In this document: positions 1-8,060 of the stretch, in pieces | How the letters are laid out: each line of letters starts with the position of its first letter | Numbering within the stretch: position 1 is the first letter of the stretch | Source of the DNA: a bacterium | GTDB taxonomy: Bacteria; CALINM01 | Direction of reading: 5' to 3' | Assembly (NCBI GenBank): GCA_041640455.1 | Contig: JBEQAF010000070.1 | Span: forward strand, 1-11,090 | Length of the DNA stretch: 11,090 nucleotides | The notes under the pieces: generated by a model | Databases searched by the model: none | Told to the model about the DNA's origin: nothing | What the model saw: the letters and a program-made list of their open reading frames with translations, nothing else | Made by a program: the position numbers and the translations under genes

Positions 1-1032
1 CAGGTGGGCATTGTATATCTCATCGTCTGGAATATTTTCTGCCCTGACAAAAAGCTCGGGCTCGTTTGCCCAGCCAGGTATGTATTTATCATAAACCCTT
101 GCCATGTGTTTTGAAACCCAGGTGTAGGAATGCACACCGTTGGTTATGGCAGAGATCTCGTAACCTGGAAAAAGCTTCCTCGAAACCTCACCGTGCTTTT
201 TAGCCACGCCGTTTACAAATTCAGACAGATTCATCGCAAGGAGGGTCATATTAAGCTTTTCTTCTCCTGCCAGGGTTTTTATTACTCTAATTGGAACATA
301 ATCTTCTCTTAGAATCTTTTCTACAAGAGCATAGTCAAACTTGTCATGTCCGGCTTCCACTGGTGTGTGAGTGGTAAACACGCATTTATCTCTTACCGCC
401 TCGAAGTCCCAGATAAGATTCTCGTCCCATACCTCTTCTATGCTCCTTTTTGTGTCGTTTAAAAGCTCAAGAGTAAGAAGAGCCGAATGTCCCTCATTCA
501 TATGATATCTTCTCATATCCAATGCCAGCTCTTTTAATACCTTGATGCCACCGACTCCTAAAATCAGCTCCTGCTTGAACCTGTATTCGTTATCACCACC
601 ATACAGATACTGGGTGAGAAGCCTGTCCTCAGGACTGTTCTCCTCTATATCCGAGTCCAGATATAATATGGGAACCTCTCCCCCCACAGGACTTTTCACA
701 TGATAAATCCAGGGCTTAATATAAACCCTTTTCCCCTCCATAGGCAAATCCACCAGAATATCAGTGGGTGTCATAACAGTTTCCGGGTTAAATTTACATT
801 CATGCTCTATCTGGTTACCTTCCTCATCAATATCCTGCTCAAAATATCCTTTTTTGGTAAGAAGGGTGATGCCTATCAAAGGTATTTTAAGATCTGCGGC
901 TGATTTAATAGTATCTCCAGCAAGAATACCCAGTCCGCCGCTGTAGGTGGGGATTTGATGAGTAATGCCTATCTCCATAGAAAAATAGGCTATGTGAGGT
1001 CTGTTGTTTTTTATGTAGTTCTGTTTGTTCAT
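1..1032 (-). CDS. glgP: Alpha-glucan (glycogen/starch) phosphorylase, N-terminal 344 codons; continues beyond the left edge
   Basis: Absent from the ORF track (no stop in window). Manual translation from ATG at 1032 gives MNKQNYIKNNRPHIAYFSMEIGITHQIPTYSGGLGILAGDTIKSAADLKIPLIGITLLTKKGYFEQ, the AYFSME...YSGGLGxLAGD signature of GT35 phosphorylases. The same frame reads ...PDDEIYNAHL at the window edge. Confidence 0.95.
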   Translation of the reverse strand, partial: MNKQNYIKNNRPHIAYFSMEIGITHQIPTYSGGLGILAGDTIKSAADLKIPLIGITLLTKKGYFEQDIDEEGNQIEHECKFNPETVMTPTDILVDLPMEGKRVYIKPWIYHVKSPVGGEVPILYLDSDIEENSPEDRLLTQYLYGGDNEYRFKQELILGVGGIKVLKELALDMRRYHMNEGHSALLTLELLNDTKRSIEEVWDENLIWDFEAVRDKCVFTTHTPVEAGHDKFDYALVEKILREDYVPIRVIKTLAGEEKLNMTLLAMNLSEFVNGVAKKHGEVSRKLFPGYEISAITNGVHSYTWVSKHMARVYDKYIPGWANEPELFVRAENIPDDEIYNAHL

Positions 1033-1040
1033 AGCTTAAG

Positions 1041-1068
1041 ATTTTACTGGAAAATACCGTTTTGGCAA
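1041..1068 (-). promoter_or_regulatory. Putative sigma70 promoter of glgP (TTGCCA-N16-TAAAAT)
   Basis: Minus strand reads TTGCCA aaacggtattttccag TAAAAT cttaagct ATG; no Shine-Dalgarno sequence before the ATG. Confidence 0.5.
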
Positions 1069-1150
1069 AGAATTTTTTTCTGTGATCTTCAATACTTGCA
1101 TTAATTGCTAAAATATGCTTAATTTACTAAAGAACTTAAAGGAGGGATTT

Positions 1151-2692
1151 ATGAAAAGGCTAATTATTTTTCTAACGTTTTTACTTTTTGTGCCTAAGTC
1201 CTTTGCTATGGAGTTTCAGCCAATAGGAGCAAGGCAGCTTGGAATGGGTGGAGCAGGCGTGGCATCCACCATGGATGTTACAGCTCAGTATTACAATCCT
1301 GCCATATTTGGATTTTTTGGCAGAGAGACAAAAAGGGTTTTCAAAGATAAGGATTTTGGTATCAACGCCCAGATAGGTGCAGGAGTAAGGCTAAACAACA
1401 ATCTTGCAGACAATATTGATGCGTTGAGCGATATTGACTATGATCTGGTGAAAGAGATTTCTGATGAAGGATCTACCTATACTGAGGACGCATATAATGA
1501 AGCTTTGAAACTGCTATCAATCATTACAAAGATTGATAAAGAGCAGGGCGCTATAACAGTTAACGCCGATGCGCTTTTAGCAACTCGTATTAAGAGAATT
1601 GGAATTGGTGTTTACGGTATTGCAGAGGTAAACGGTAGACCTGCCCTTGATCTCGAAAAGGTGATTATTGGAACTAGTGTAGATGATGCGAAAGAAAAGT
1701 TAAAAAAATTTGCTGAAAATAAAACAGATGTTGATAATCCAACTAATTTAGGTTATTTTAATGAAAATCAATATAATGCAATTGTTGATGGTCTTAAAGA
1801 CGTTTTTGGCGAGAGTGACCCTAACTCTGAACTTTATGCAAAAAGATTATTGTACGTTGCTGAACAACAATTAAAAGATTACGGTAAAATCACCCCTCAG
1901 GATGCTTATAATGCCTTCATTCTTTTAATTCAGTCCTTAGAAGAAGACTCAGGTTCGGCTTCAGTTTCTTCTACCAATCTTCACAAATCAGCCGTATCAG
2001 GCTCTATAAAAGACAACCAGACCTCCATACTTGCTAACGGAATCAGTCTTATAGAAGTGCCGCTTACATATGGTCATCCCATATCAGATTCTCTGGCAGT
2101 GGGTTTCAATCTTAAATATATTCAGGCAAATGTTTTCAAAACAGAGAAGGGAGATATCACCCTGTTTAACAAAGATTCAAGCGACATAGCCGATGAACTG
2201 GATAAATATTATAAAGAATCATCCAACTTTGCGGTCGATGCAGGCGTTCTATTTCAGCCAGTCAACTGGCTTAAACTCGGAGTGGTTGGCAAATATCTTA
2301 ATAGCCCCAAGTTTGATGATCCAAAAGGTGGGAAGATCAAGGTTAAACCTCAGGCAAGGGCTGGCATTGCCATAAACCCCTTTGAAACCCTTACCATCGC
2401 AGCAGATATGGACCTTACGGAGAATGAAACCACTTTTCCTGGCTATAAGAGCAGAAATATAGGTGGTGGTATCGAGTGGGACATACTTAAATTTCTTGCC
2501 TTGAGGGCAGGTGCTTATAAAAATTTAGCTGAGTCTGATATTGACATGGTCTATACAGCCGGGCTGGGGTTAAATCTCTGGTTAATCAGGCTTGATGTAT
2601 CTGCTGCCATGTCATCCAACAAGAGCAGATTTGACAATAAATCCTTCCCTGAAGAGGCAAGAGTGCAGGCAAATCTATCTATAGAGTTTTAA
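1151..2692 (+). CDS. TraF-like (TraF_2-type, FadL-like) outer-membrane beta-barrel protein, 513 aa
   Basis: Start moved from 1115 to ATG 1151, which follows SD AAGGAGGG. Signal peptide MKRLIIFLTFLLFVPKSFA; N-terminal GARQLGMGGAGVA...YYNPA motif typical of TraF_2/FadL-like barrels; amphipathic beta-strands in the C-terminal half; terminal Phe (ANLSIEF) fits a BAM signal. Confidence 0.8.
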   Translation: MKRLIIFLTFLLFVPKSFAMEFQPIGARQLGMGGAGVASTMDVTAQYYNPAIFGFFGRETKRVFKDKDFGINAQIGAGVRLNNNLADNIDALSDIDYDLVKEISDEGSTYTEDAYNEALKLLSIITKIDKEQGAITVNADALLATRIKRIGIGVYGIAEVNGRPALDLEKVIIGTSVDDAKEKLKKFAENKTDVDNPTNLGYFNENQYNAIVDGLKDVFGESDPNSELYAKRLLYVAEQQLKDYGKITPQDAYNAFILLIQSLEEDSGSASVSSTNLHKSAVSGSIKDNQTSILANGISLIEVPLTYGHPISDSLAVGFNLKYIQANVFKTEKGDITLFNKDSSDIADELDKYYKESSNFAVDAGVLFQPVNWLKLGVVGKYLNSPKFDDPKGGKIKVKPQARAGIAINPFETLTIAADMDLTENETTFPGYKSRNIGGGIEWDILKFLALRAGAYKNLAESDIDMVYTAGLGLNLWLIRLDVSAAMSSNKSRFDNKSFPEEARVQANLSIEF

Positions 2693-2698
2693 TAATTG

Positions 2699-2724
2699 GG
2701 GGGTGAAGCTCTCACCCCCTTTAT
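2699..2724 (+). terminator. Intrinsic terminator hairpin between the convergent traF-like gene and xseA, possibly bidirectional
   Basis: Perfect 8-bp stem GGGGGTGA (2699-2706) / TCACCCCC (2712-2719), loop AGCTC, followed by TTTAT. Confidence 0.7.
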
Positions 2725-4061
2725 CAGTCACAGCTGCTTCCTTTTACTTCCGCTTCCAGGCTACCTTTAAAAAGTTTTACTCTGATCTTTTCTCCTATAC
2801 CCACTATGCTCGCATCTTTTATAACCCTTGATTTTTCGTCAAAGGTTATACTGTAGCCCTTTGAAAGCACCTTTAGCGGACTTAACACATCTATTTTTCC
2901 TGCAAGCACTGAGATGCACTCCCTCTTTCTTATCAATCCAAGACTAATAAGATCTTTTAACCTCTCATTTAAGCTATTAATGCGCTCTCTTTTTTTCATA
3001 ATTAGCTTTACTGGAGAGAGAAGATAAAGTCTTTTTTCGAGGCTCTCGAGGGACTTTTTCTGAGAAGAGATCTTTAAGCTGATGGAGCTTAAAAATCTAT
3101 CTTTTAGCTCATAGGCTCTAATTATGCGCATTTTTAAGTTCATAATCGGGGATTTTAGAGCCCTTTCTTCAGCAATAATTTTTTTCTTAAAAAGGGCGGT
3201 ATGCTTGAGTATAGCGTTTTTCAGCCTTTTAAAATGAAGAAAGATAAGCCTTTCTATCTCATCTTTTTTCTGTACCACAAGCTCTGCTGCCGCTGAGGGC
3301 GTTGGAGCTCTTAGATCTGCCACAAAGTCTGCAATGGTAAAGTCTGTTTCGTGTCCTATGGCAGATATGATTGGAATTTTTGAGTGATAGATGGCATCTG
3401 CCACTATCTCTTCGTTAAAAGCCCAGAGGTCTTCCAGACTTCCTCCTCCCCGTGCAAGTATGATAACCTCAATACGATCAGACAGTCTCTCATTAATGAA
3501 GTTTATGGCAGAGGCTATCTCTTCCTTTGCACCCTCTCCCTGAACTTTAACAGGCACTATAAGTATCTCCATGTTATGAAATCTTCTTTTGAGAATATTT
3601 AAAATGTCTCTGATAACAGCTCCTTTTGGAGATGTAACAACGGCAATTCTTTGTGGAAGAAGAGGCAGTTTTTTCTTTCTTGATTCGTCAAAATAGCCCT
3701 TTTTGCTAAGTTTCTCTTTAAGCTCCTCAAAAGCAAGTTTAAGAAGCCCCATACCTAAGGGCTCCATATAATTTGCTATAAGCTGAAACTCTCCTCTCGC
3801 CTCATATAGGCTTAAATTCCCACGAACGATTACACTCATTCCGTCCTTTGGATTGAACTTAAGGCTATTATAGTATCCCCTGAAAAGCACACACCTGATC
3901 TGAGCTTTCTCATCCTTTAAAGTAAAAAAAAGATGATTGCCATAGTTTTTAAGATTGGATATTTCTCCCTGAACCCAGAGAGAAGGGAAAGCCTGTTCGA
4001 GCAGATCTTTTACAATTAAGGCAATCTCAGATACTGTAAAAATCTGTTTATCTGTCTTCAT
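2724..4061 (-). CDS. xseA: Exodeoxyribonuclease VII large subunit
   Basis: N-terminal OB-fold (WVQGEISN...HLFFTLKD), VVTSPKGAVIRD, ARGGGSLEDLWAFNEE, SAIGHETDFTIADFVADLRAPTPSAAAE and C-terminal SPLKVLSKGYS. Confidence 0.97.
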   Translation of the reverse strand: MKTDKQIFTVSEIALIVKDLLEQAFPSLWVQGEISNLKNYGNHLFFTLKDEKAQIRCVLFRGYYNSLKFNPKDGMSVIVRGNLSLYEARGEFQLIANYMEPLGMGLLKLAFEELKEKLSKKGYFDESRKKKLPLLPQRIAVVTSPKGAVIRDILNILKRRFHNMEILIVPVKVQGEGAKEEIASAINFINERLSDRIEVIILARGGGSLEDLWAFNEEIVADAIYHSKIPIISAIGHETDFTIADFVADLRAPTPSAAAELVVQKKDEIERLIFLHFKRLKNAILKHTALFKKKIIAEERALKSPIMNLKMRIIRAYELKDRFLSSISLKISSQKKSLESLEKRLYLLSPVKLIMKKRERINSLNERLKDLISLGLIRKRECISVLAGKIDVLSPLKVLSKGYSITFDEKSRVIKDASIVGIGEKIRVKLFKGSLEAEVKGSSCD

Positions 4062-5313
4062 GGGTGGACATAACCTTTTCTATCAGTGACTTTCTATCTG
4101 ATACCTTTTCCTTTTCAAAAATCCTTTTCACATGGGTCTTTATGGTAGATTCGGAGATATTCATTATTTTTGCAATCTCTTTATAGGTTATTCCTTCCAT
4201 TATGTGTAATAGAACCTCATACTCTTTTGCAGAAAGCCTTGCTTTAAAATGTTCAGTTTTCTGATAGTCAGATTTTTGAGTATGAGAATAGGCAGTCTCA
4301 CCGACAGGGTTAGTAACCGTTTGTGGTTCTTTTTTTACTCTTTTCTCAATAAAAAGTAATACAGTAGCAGCCGCTATCATTGTGATGTTACCAAAAAGTA
4401 CAATAAGGCTGGCATAATTAAATAGATAAAGGCTTACAAAACTGCCCGAAAGAATCCCGAGACACATGGCTGAGAATATTACTGCCAGAGATTTTTGCAG
4501 CGGTCTTTGCTGAAAAACATGGTTCATAATAAAAATCTCAATCATTCCAAAGGCAAACTGAAGCAGAAACATGCTTAGATTGTAAAATAAAGATTCATCA
4601 ACTTTGTGGAATGAAAAGGCAAGCAGTCCAGATATTATAGCTCCAAAAAGACAGAAAATATTGTCAAATTTTAAAACAAGGTAGCCAATAAAACAACCTG
4701 CTATGTAATAGAAAACCTCAAACCCTTTGAAAAAGCAGGCTTTTTCGTATGCAGGAGTGATGAAACTATAAAGTATCCCTCCAGTGAGATAAAAAAAATA
4801 GATGAAAGGAGTATATCTTTTATCTGTTGCGGGGTAAGCTAATTCATAATCTTTTATCTCTTTTGGAATAAGAGCTAATAAGGGCAGAAGCCCCACTATG
4901 AAGAATTTTAGATTCAAAGATATCTGCCATCTGCAAAAAACAAACTGTGATAGAGATGCTATGGAAAATCCAAAAGCTGAATATAATAGAGGGTTTTGCA
5001 GATTAATCAAAGACTTTACAGCCTTTAGAACAAGAAAGGCAGATGAGACACCCAGTACAAAAAGGACGATAAAGAAATGGTCTTTAAAGTATGGGAAGAA
5101 TATTGTTAAAAAGCCAGTTATCAGGATTAAAAAGTTTGAGTATCTGTCTATAAAATCTTTTTTTAGCCACAAAAAGGCTAAAAGTGTCATAGAATGGGTA
5201 GTGAGAAAGTAATTAATTGATCTTTCTATGCCCAATTCTGATAGTAGCATCCCCTCCATCGGGAATAGCCATAGCCATAAAAGTAGCCCTGAGAATGATA
5301 AAAGCTCTTTCAT
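4048..5313 (-). CDS. Membrane-anchored LuxR-family transcriptional regulator (about 12 TM helices plus C-terminal LuxR HTH)
   Basis: Residues ~1-323 carry about 12 hydrophobic segments, then a polar linker, then LSAKEYEVLLHIMEGITYKEIAKIMNISESTIKTHVKRIFEK, a LuxR/GerE-type HTH. The 3' end overlaps the xseA start by 14 nt. Confidence 0.85.
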   Translation of the reverse strand: MKELLSFSGLLLWLWLFPMEGMLLSELGIERSINYFLTTHSMTLLAFLWLKKDFIDRYSNFLILITGFLTIFFPYFKDHFFIVLFVLGVSSAFLVLKAVKSLINLQNPLLYSAFGFSIASLSQFVFCRWQISLNLKFFIVGLLPLLALIPKEIKDYELAYPATDKRYTPFIYFFYLTGGILYSFITPAYEKACFFKGFEVFYYIAGCFIGYLVLKFDNIFCLFGAIISGLLAFSFHKVDESLFYNLSMFLLQFAFGMIEIFIMNHVFQQRPLQKSLAVIFSAMCLGILSGSFVSLYLFNYASLIVLFGNITMIAAATVLLFIEKRVKKEPQTVTNPVGETAYSHTQKSDYQKTEHFKARLSAKEYEVLLHIMEGITYKEIAKIMNISESTIKTHVKRIFEKEKVSDRKSLIEKVMSTHEDR

Positions 5314-5321
5314 ATGGAAAG

Positions 5322-5350
5322 ATTATTACTTAATAGGGATAATAAGTCAA
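5322..5350 (-). promoter_or_regulatory. Putative sigma70 promoter of the TM-LuxR/xseA unit (TTGACT-N17-AATAAT)
   Basis: Minus strand TTGACT tattatccctattaagt AATAAT ctttccat ATG; no SD. Confidence 0.5.
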
Positions 5351-5398
5351 GAAATGCAAGATAAAAAAATTAGGATTACATAATACAGATGGCTGTTT

Positions 5399-5471
5399 CA
5401 TTACCTTCCCTTCAAATCCTTTTATTTCAATAAAATCAAAAAACTGGTTAATATGTCCATACCTATCTGGT
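5399..5471. repeat. Intergenic repeat, copy 1 (core 5417-5471)
   Basis: TCCTTTTATTTCAATAAAATCAAAAAACTGGTTAATATGTCCATACCTATCTGGT matches 9149-9200 with 2 substitutions and a 3-nt indel in the A run; weaker similarity extends left to 5399. Confidence 0.95.
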
Positions 5472-5489
5472 AAAAATTTTTGAAAATTC

Positions 5490-5517
5490 TTGACAAGCTC
5501 TAATTAAATTTGATAAT
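5490..5517 (+). promoter_or_regulatory. Putative sigma70 promoter of the tRNA operon (TTGACA-N16-GATAAT)
   Basis: Consensus -35 TTGACA at 5490-5495, GATAAT at 5512-5517, A/T tracts upstream (UP-element-like), 28 bp before tRNA-Gly. Confidence 0.7.
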
Positions 5518-5545
5518 GTTTTAATTCACAGTTTAAATCACACAT

Positions 5546-5617
5546 GCGGGAATAGCTCAGTGGTAGAGCATCTGCTTGCCATGCAGAGGGTCGCGGGTTC
5601 AAATCCCGTTTCCCGCT
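5546..5617 (+). tRNA. tRNA-Gly (GCC), CCA not encoded
   Basis: Cloverleaf: acceptor GCGGGAA/TTCCCGC, D arm GCTC/GAGC, anticodon arm TCTGC-TTGCCAT-GCAGA, T loop TTCAAAT, discriminator T. Confidence 0.97.
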
Positions 5618-5630
5618 TTTTCTTTTTTTT

Positions 5631-5704
5631 GGCACCGTCGCCAAGTGGTAAGGCAGTGGTCTGCAAAATCACTATCACCGGTTCGAATCCGGTCGGTGCC
5701 TCCA
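5631..5704 (+). tRNA. tRNA-Cys (GCA), CCA encoded
   Basis: Acceptor GGCACCG/CGGTGCC, anticodon arm GTGGT-CTGCAAA-ATCAC, T arm ACCGG-TTCGAAT-CCGGT, ends TCCA. Confidence 0.97.
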
Positions 5705-5713
5705 CCTTATAAC

Positions 5714-5798
5714 GCCTGGGTGGTGGAACTGGCAGACACAAGGGACTTAAAATCCCTTGGAGCTTAGCTCCGTGCGGGTTCGAGTCCCGCCCTAGGCA
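5714..5798 (+). tRNA. tRNA-Leu (TAA), CCA not encoded
   Basis: Acceptor GCCTGGG/CCTAGGC, anticodon arm AGGGA-CTTAAAA-TCCCT, long variable arm GGAGC-TTA-GCTCC, T arm GCGGG-TTCGAGT-CCCGC. Confidence 0.97.
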
Positions 5799-5821
5799 TT
5801 ATCTTAGCATCTGGGGGGGCT

Positions 5822-7126
5822 ATGAAAATCGCAGTTTTTGGAACCGGTTATGTGGGTCTGGTAACAGGAGTTTGTTTAGCCCAAAGCGGTAATTACGTAA
5901 TAGGCGTTGATATTGACGAAAATAAGATTGACCTTCTCAAAAATGCTATCTCACCTATTTATGAAAAGGGCTTACCTGAGTTACTTAGCTGGAACTTAAA
6001 AAGTGAAAGAATTGTTTTTACCACTGACGCTAAGTTTGCTGTAGAAAATTCCAAGATTATATTTATAGCCGTTGGCACACCATCTAACAGCGATGGATCA
6101 GCTAATCTAAGTTATGTTTTTGATTGTGTAAAAACCATAAAAGAGCTCGCCAACGGAGAAAAAATTGTTGTTCTTAAAAGCACAGTTCCCGTAGGCACTG
6201 CAAGGAAAGCAAAAGAGATTGTTAAGGATTCAAAACACAAAATTCATATCTGCTCTAACCCAGAGTTTTTGAAAGAAGGTGTTGCCGTTGAAGATTTTAT
6301 GAAACCTGACAGGATTATAATCGGTGCTGATAACGAATATGTATATGAGGTTATGAAAGAGCTTTACGCCCCATTCGTCAGAAATGAAAAACCTATAATA
6401 CTGATGGATAATGAAAGCGCAGAGATGACAAAATATGCCGCCAATGCATTACTTGCGGTAAAAATCTCCTTTATGAACGAGATAGCACTTTTATGCGAAA
6501 AAGTAGGGGCAGATGTGGAGATGGTTCGAAAGGGTGTGGGTGCCGATTACAGGATAGGTTATCAATTTCTTTTTCCTGGTGTTGGCTTCGGGGGCTCCTG
6601 TTTTCCTAAAGATGTAAGAGCTCTTATTCATATAGCCGCTGAAAACAATTTTGAACTTATGATTCCAAAAGCCGCATATAATGTTAATGAAAGGCAAAAA
6701 AATCATCTGGTAAACAAGATAACCGAATTATTTGGGACAAACCTCTCCGGCAAAACCTTTGCTATCTGGGGGCTATCTTTTAAGCCCAACACGGATGACA
6801 TGAGAGAAGCGCCTTCTATTAATATAATAGAGGCTTTGCTTAAAGCTGGCGCAGAGATTAGAGCTTTTGATCCCAAGGCAATTGATGAGGCAAAAAAGAT
6901 ATTTGGAGATAAAATATATTATGCATCTAACCAGTATGATGCATTAACAGGCGCTGATGCCATGTTGCTAATCACTGAATGGCAGGAGTTCAGGAATCCT
7001 GACTTTGAAAAGATAAAATCATTATTAAAAAGCCCTGTTATATTTGACGGTAGAAACCAGTATAGCCCGAAAAAGATGAAAGAGCTTGGCTTCACCTACT
7101 ACGGGATCGGGAGAAAAAATGAATAA
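5822..7126 (+). CDS. ugd: UDP-glucose 6-dehydrogenase
   Basis: [12 protein letters not shown]ossmann motif, [22 protein letters not shown], catalytic [26 protein letters not shown]. Confidence 0.96.
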   Translation: MKIAVFGTGYVGLVTGVCLAQSGNYVIGVDIDENKIDLLKNAISPIYEKGLPELLSWNLKSERIVFTTDAKFAVENSKIIFIAVGTPSNSDGSANLSYVFDCVKTIKELANGEKIVVLKSTVPVGTARKAKEIVKDSKHKIHICSNPEFLKEGVAVEDFMKPDRIIIGADNEYVYEVMKELYAPFVRNEKPIILMDNESAEMTKYAANALLAVKISFMNEIALLCEKVGADVEMVRKGVGADYRIGYQFLFPGVGFGGSCFPKDVRALIHIAAENNFELMIPKAAYNVNERQKNHLVNKITELFGTNLSGKTFAIWGLSFKPNTDDMREAPSINIIEALLKAGAEIRAFDPKAIDEAKKIFGDKIYYASNQYDALTGADAMLLITEWQEFRNPDFEKIKSLLKSPVIFDGRNQYSPKKMKELGFTYYGIGRKNE

Positions 7127-8060
7127 AAAAACTATTCTTATTACTGGCGGGGCAGGCTTTATAGGCTCCCATCTTTGCGAGTATTTTCTTGAAAGAGATT
7201 ACAGGGTTTTTTGTGTTGACAACCTACTTACTGGAGATATCAGAAATATTGAGCATCTTTTTTACAACCCTGATTTTTTATACATAAAGATGGACGTTAC
7301 AAACTATATCCATATTCCCGGACCGGTTGATTATATACTGCACTTTGCCTCACCAGCAAGCCCCATAGACTATAGCAATCTACCCATTCAGACACTTAAA
7401 GTGGGAGCGCTGGGCACACACAAAACACTTGGACTTGCCAAAGAGAAAAAATCAGTATATCTTCTGGCTTCCACTTCAGAGGTTTACGGCGACCCGCTGG
7501 TGCACCCACAGAATGAAGATTACTGGGGAAATGTAAATCCCATAGGTCCCCGTGGAGTTTATGATGAGGCAAAAAGATTTGCTGAAGCCATGACGATGGC
7601 ATATCACAGATATCATAATGTGAATACCAAGATTGTGCGTATATTTAATACCTACGGACCGAGGATGAGAATAAATGATGGCAGGGCAATTCCCACATTC
7701 ATCTCGCAGGCATTAAAAAATGAAGACATAACAGCCTTTGGAGATGGTACTCAGACCAGAAGCTTCTGTTATATCTCCGATCTTGTAGAAGGGATTTACA
7801 GGCTACTCATGTCCGATTACAACCTGCCTGTAAATCTGGGAAATCCGAGAGAGATGACCATAAATGAGCTTGCAAAAGAGATTATTCGTATTACAGGTTC
7901 TAAAAGTAAAATTATTTATAAACCACTACCTGAAGACGATCCAAAGGTAAGACAGCCTGATATTTCAAGAGCAAAAAGTATTCTTAACTGGGAGCCGGTT
8001 GTCAGCCTTGAAGATGGGTTAAAAAATACCATAGAAGATTTTAGAAAAAGGCTTTTTTAA
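7119..8060 (+). CDS. uxs: UDP-glucuronate decarboxylase (UDP-xylose synthase family, extended SDR), 313 aa
   Basis: Likely start ATG 7119 ([19 protein letters not shown]), overlapping the ugd end by 8 nt. [47 protein letters not shown] and [13 protein letters not shown] are UXS-type motifs. Confidence 0.9.
   Translation: MNKKTILITGGAGFIGSHLCEYFLERDYRVFCVDNLLTGDIRNIEHLFYNPDFLYIKMDVTNYIHIPGPVDYILHFASPASPIDYSNLPIQTLKVGALGTHKTLGLAKEKKSVYLLASTSEVYGDPLVHPQNEDYWGNVNPIGPRGVYDEAKRFAEAMTMAYHRYHNVNTKIVRIFNTYGPRMRINDGRAIPTFISQALKNEDITAFGDGTQTRSFCYISDLVEGIYRLLMSDYNLPVNLGNPREMTINELAKEIIRITGSKSKIIYKPLPEDDPKVRQPDISRAKSILNWEPVVSLEDGLKNTIEDFRKRLF

Noticed and set aside
130..946. Plus-strand ORFs 130-312, 700-903 and 764-946
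   Set aside because: Antisense to the glucan phosphorylase gene; no recognisable motifs.
1151..2692. Conjugative element implied by the TraF-like gene
   Set aside because: No other tra/T4SS, relaxase or integrase gene in the window.
2193..5212. ORFs 2193-2375, 3384-3602 and 4898-5212
   Set aside because: Alternative-frame or antisense shadows of the traF-like gene, xseA and the TM-LuxR gene.
5330..5401. 23-codon minus-strand ORF MKQPSVLCNPNFFILHFLTYYPY after an SD-like GGGAAGGT
   Set aside because: Overlaps the predicted TM-LuxR promoter, and the equivalent ATG in repeat copy 2 stops after 5 codons.
5538..5767. ORFs 5538-5741 (-) and 5576-5767 (+)
   Set aside because: They overlap three clear tRNA genes and are translation artefacts.
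6491..7602. Minus-strand ORFs 6491-6706 and 7396-7602
   Set aside because: Antisense to ugd and uxs.
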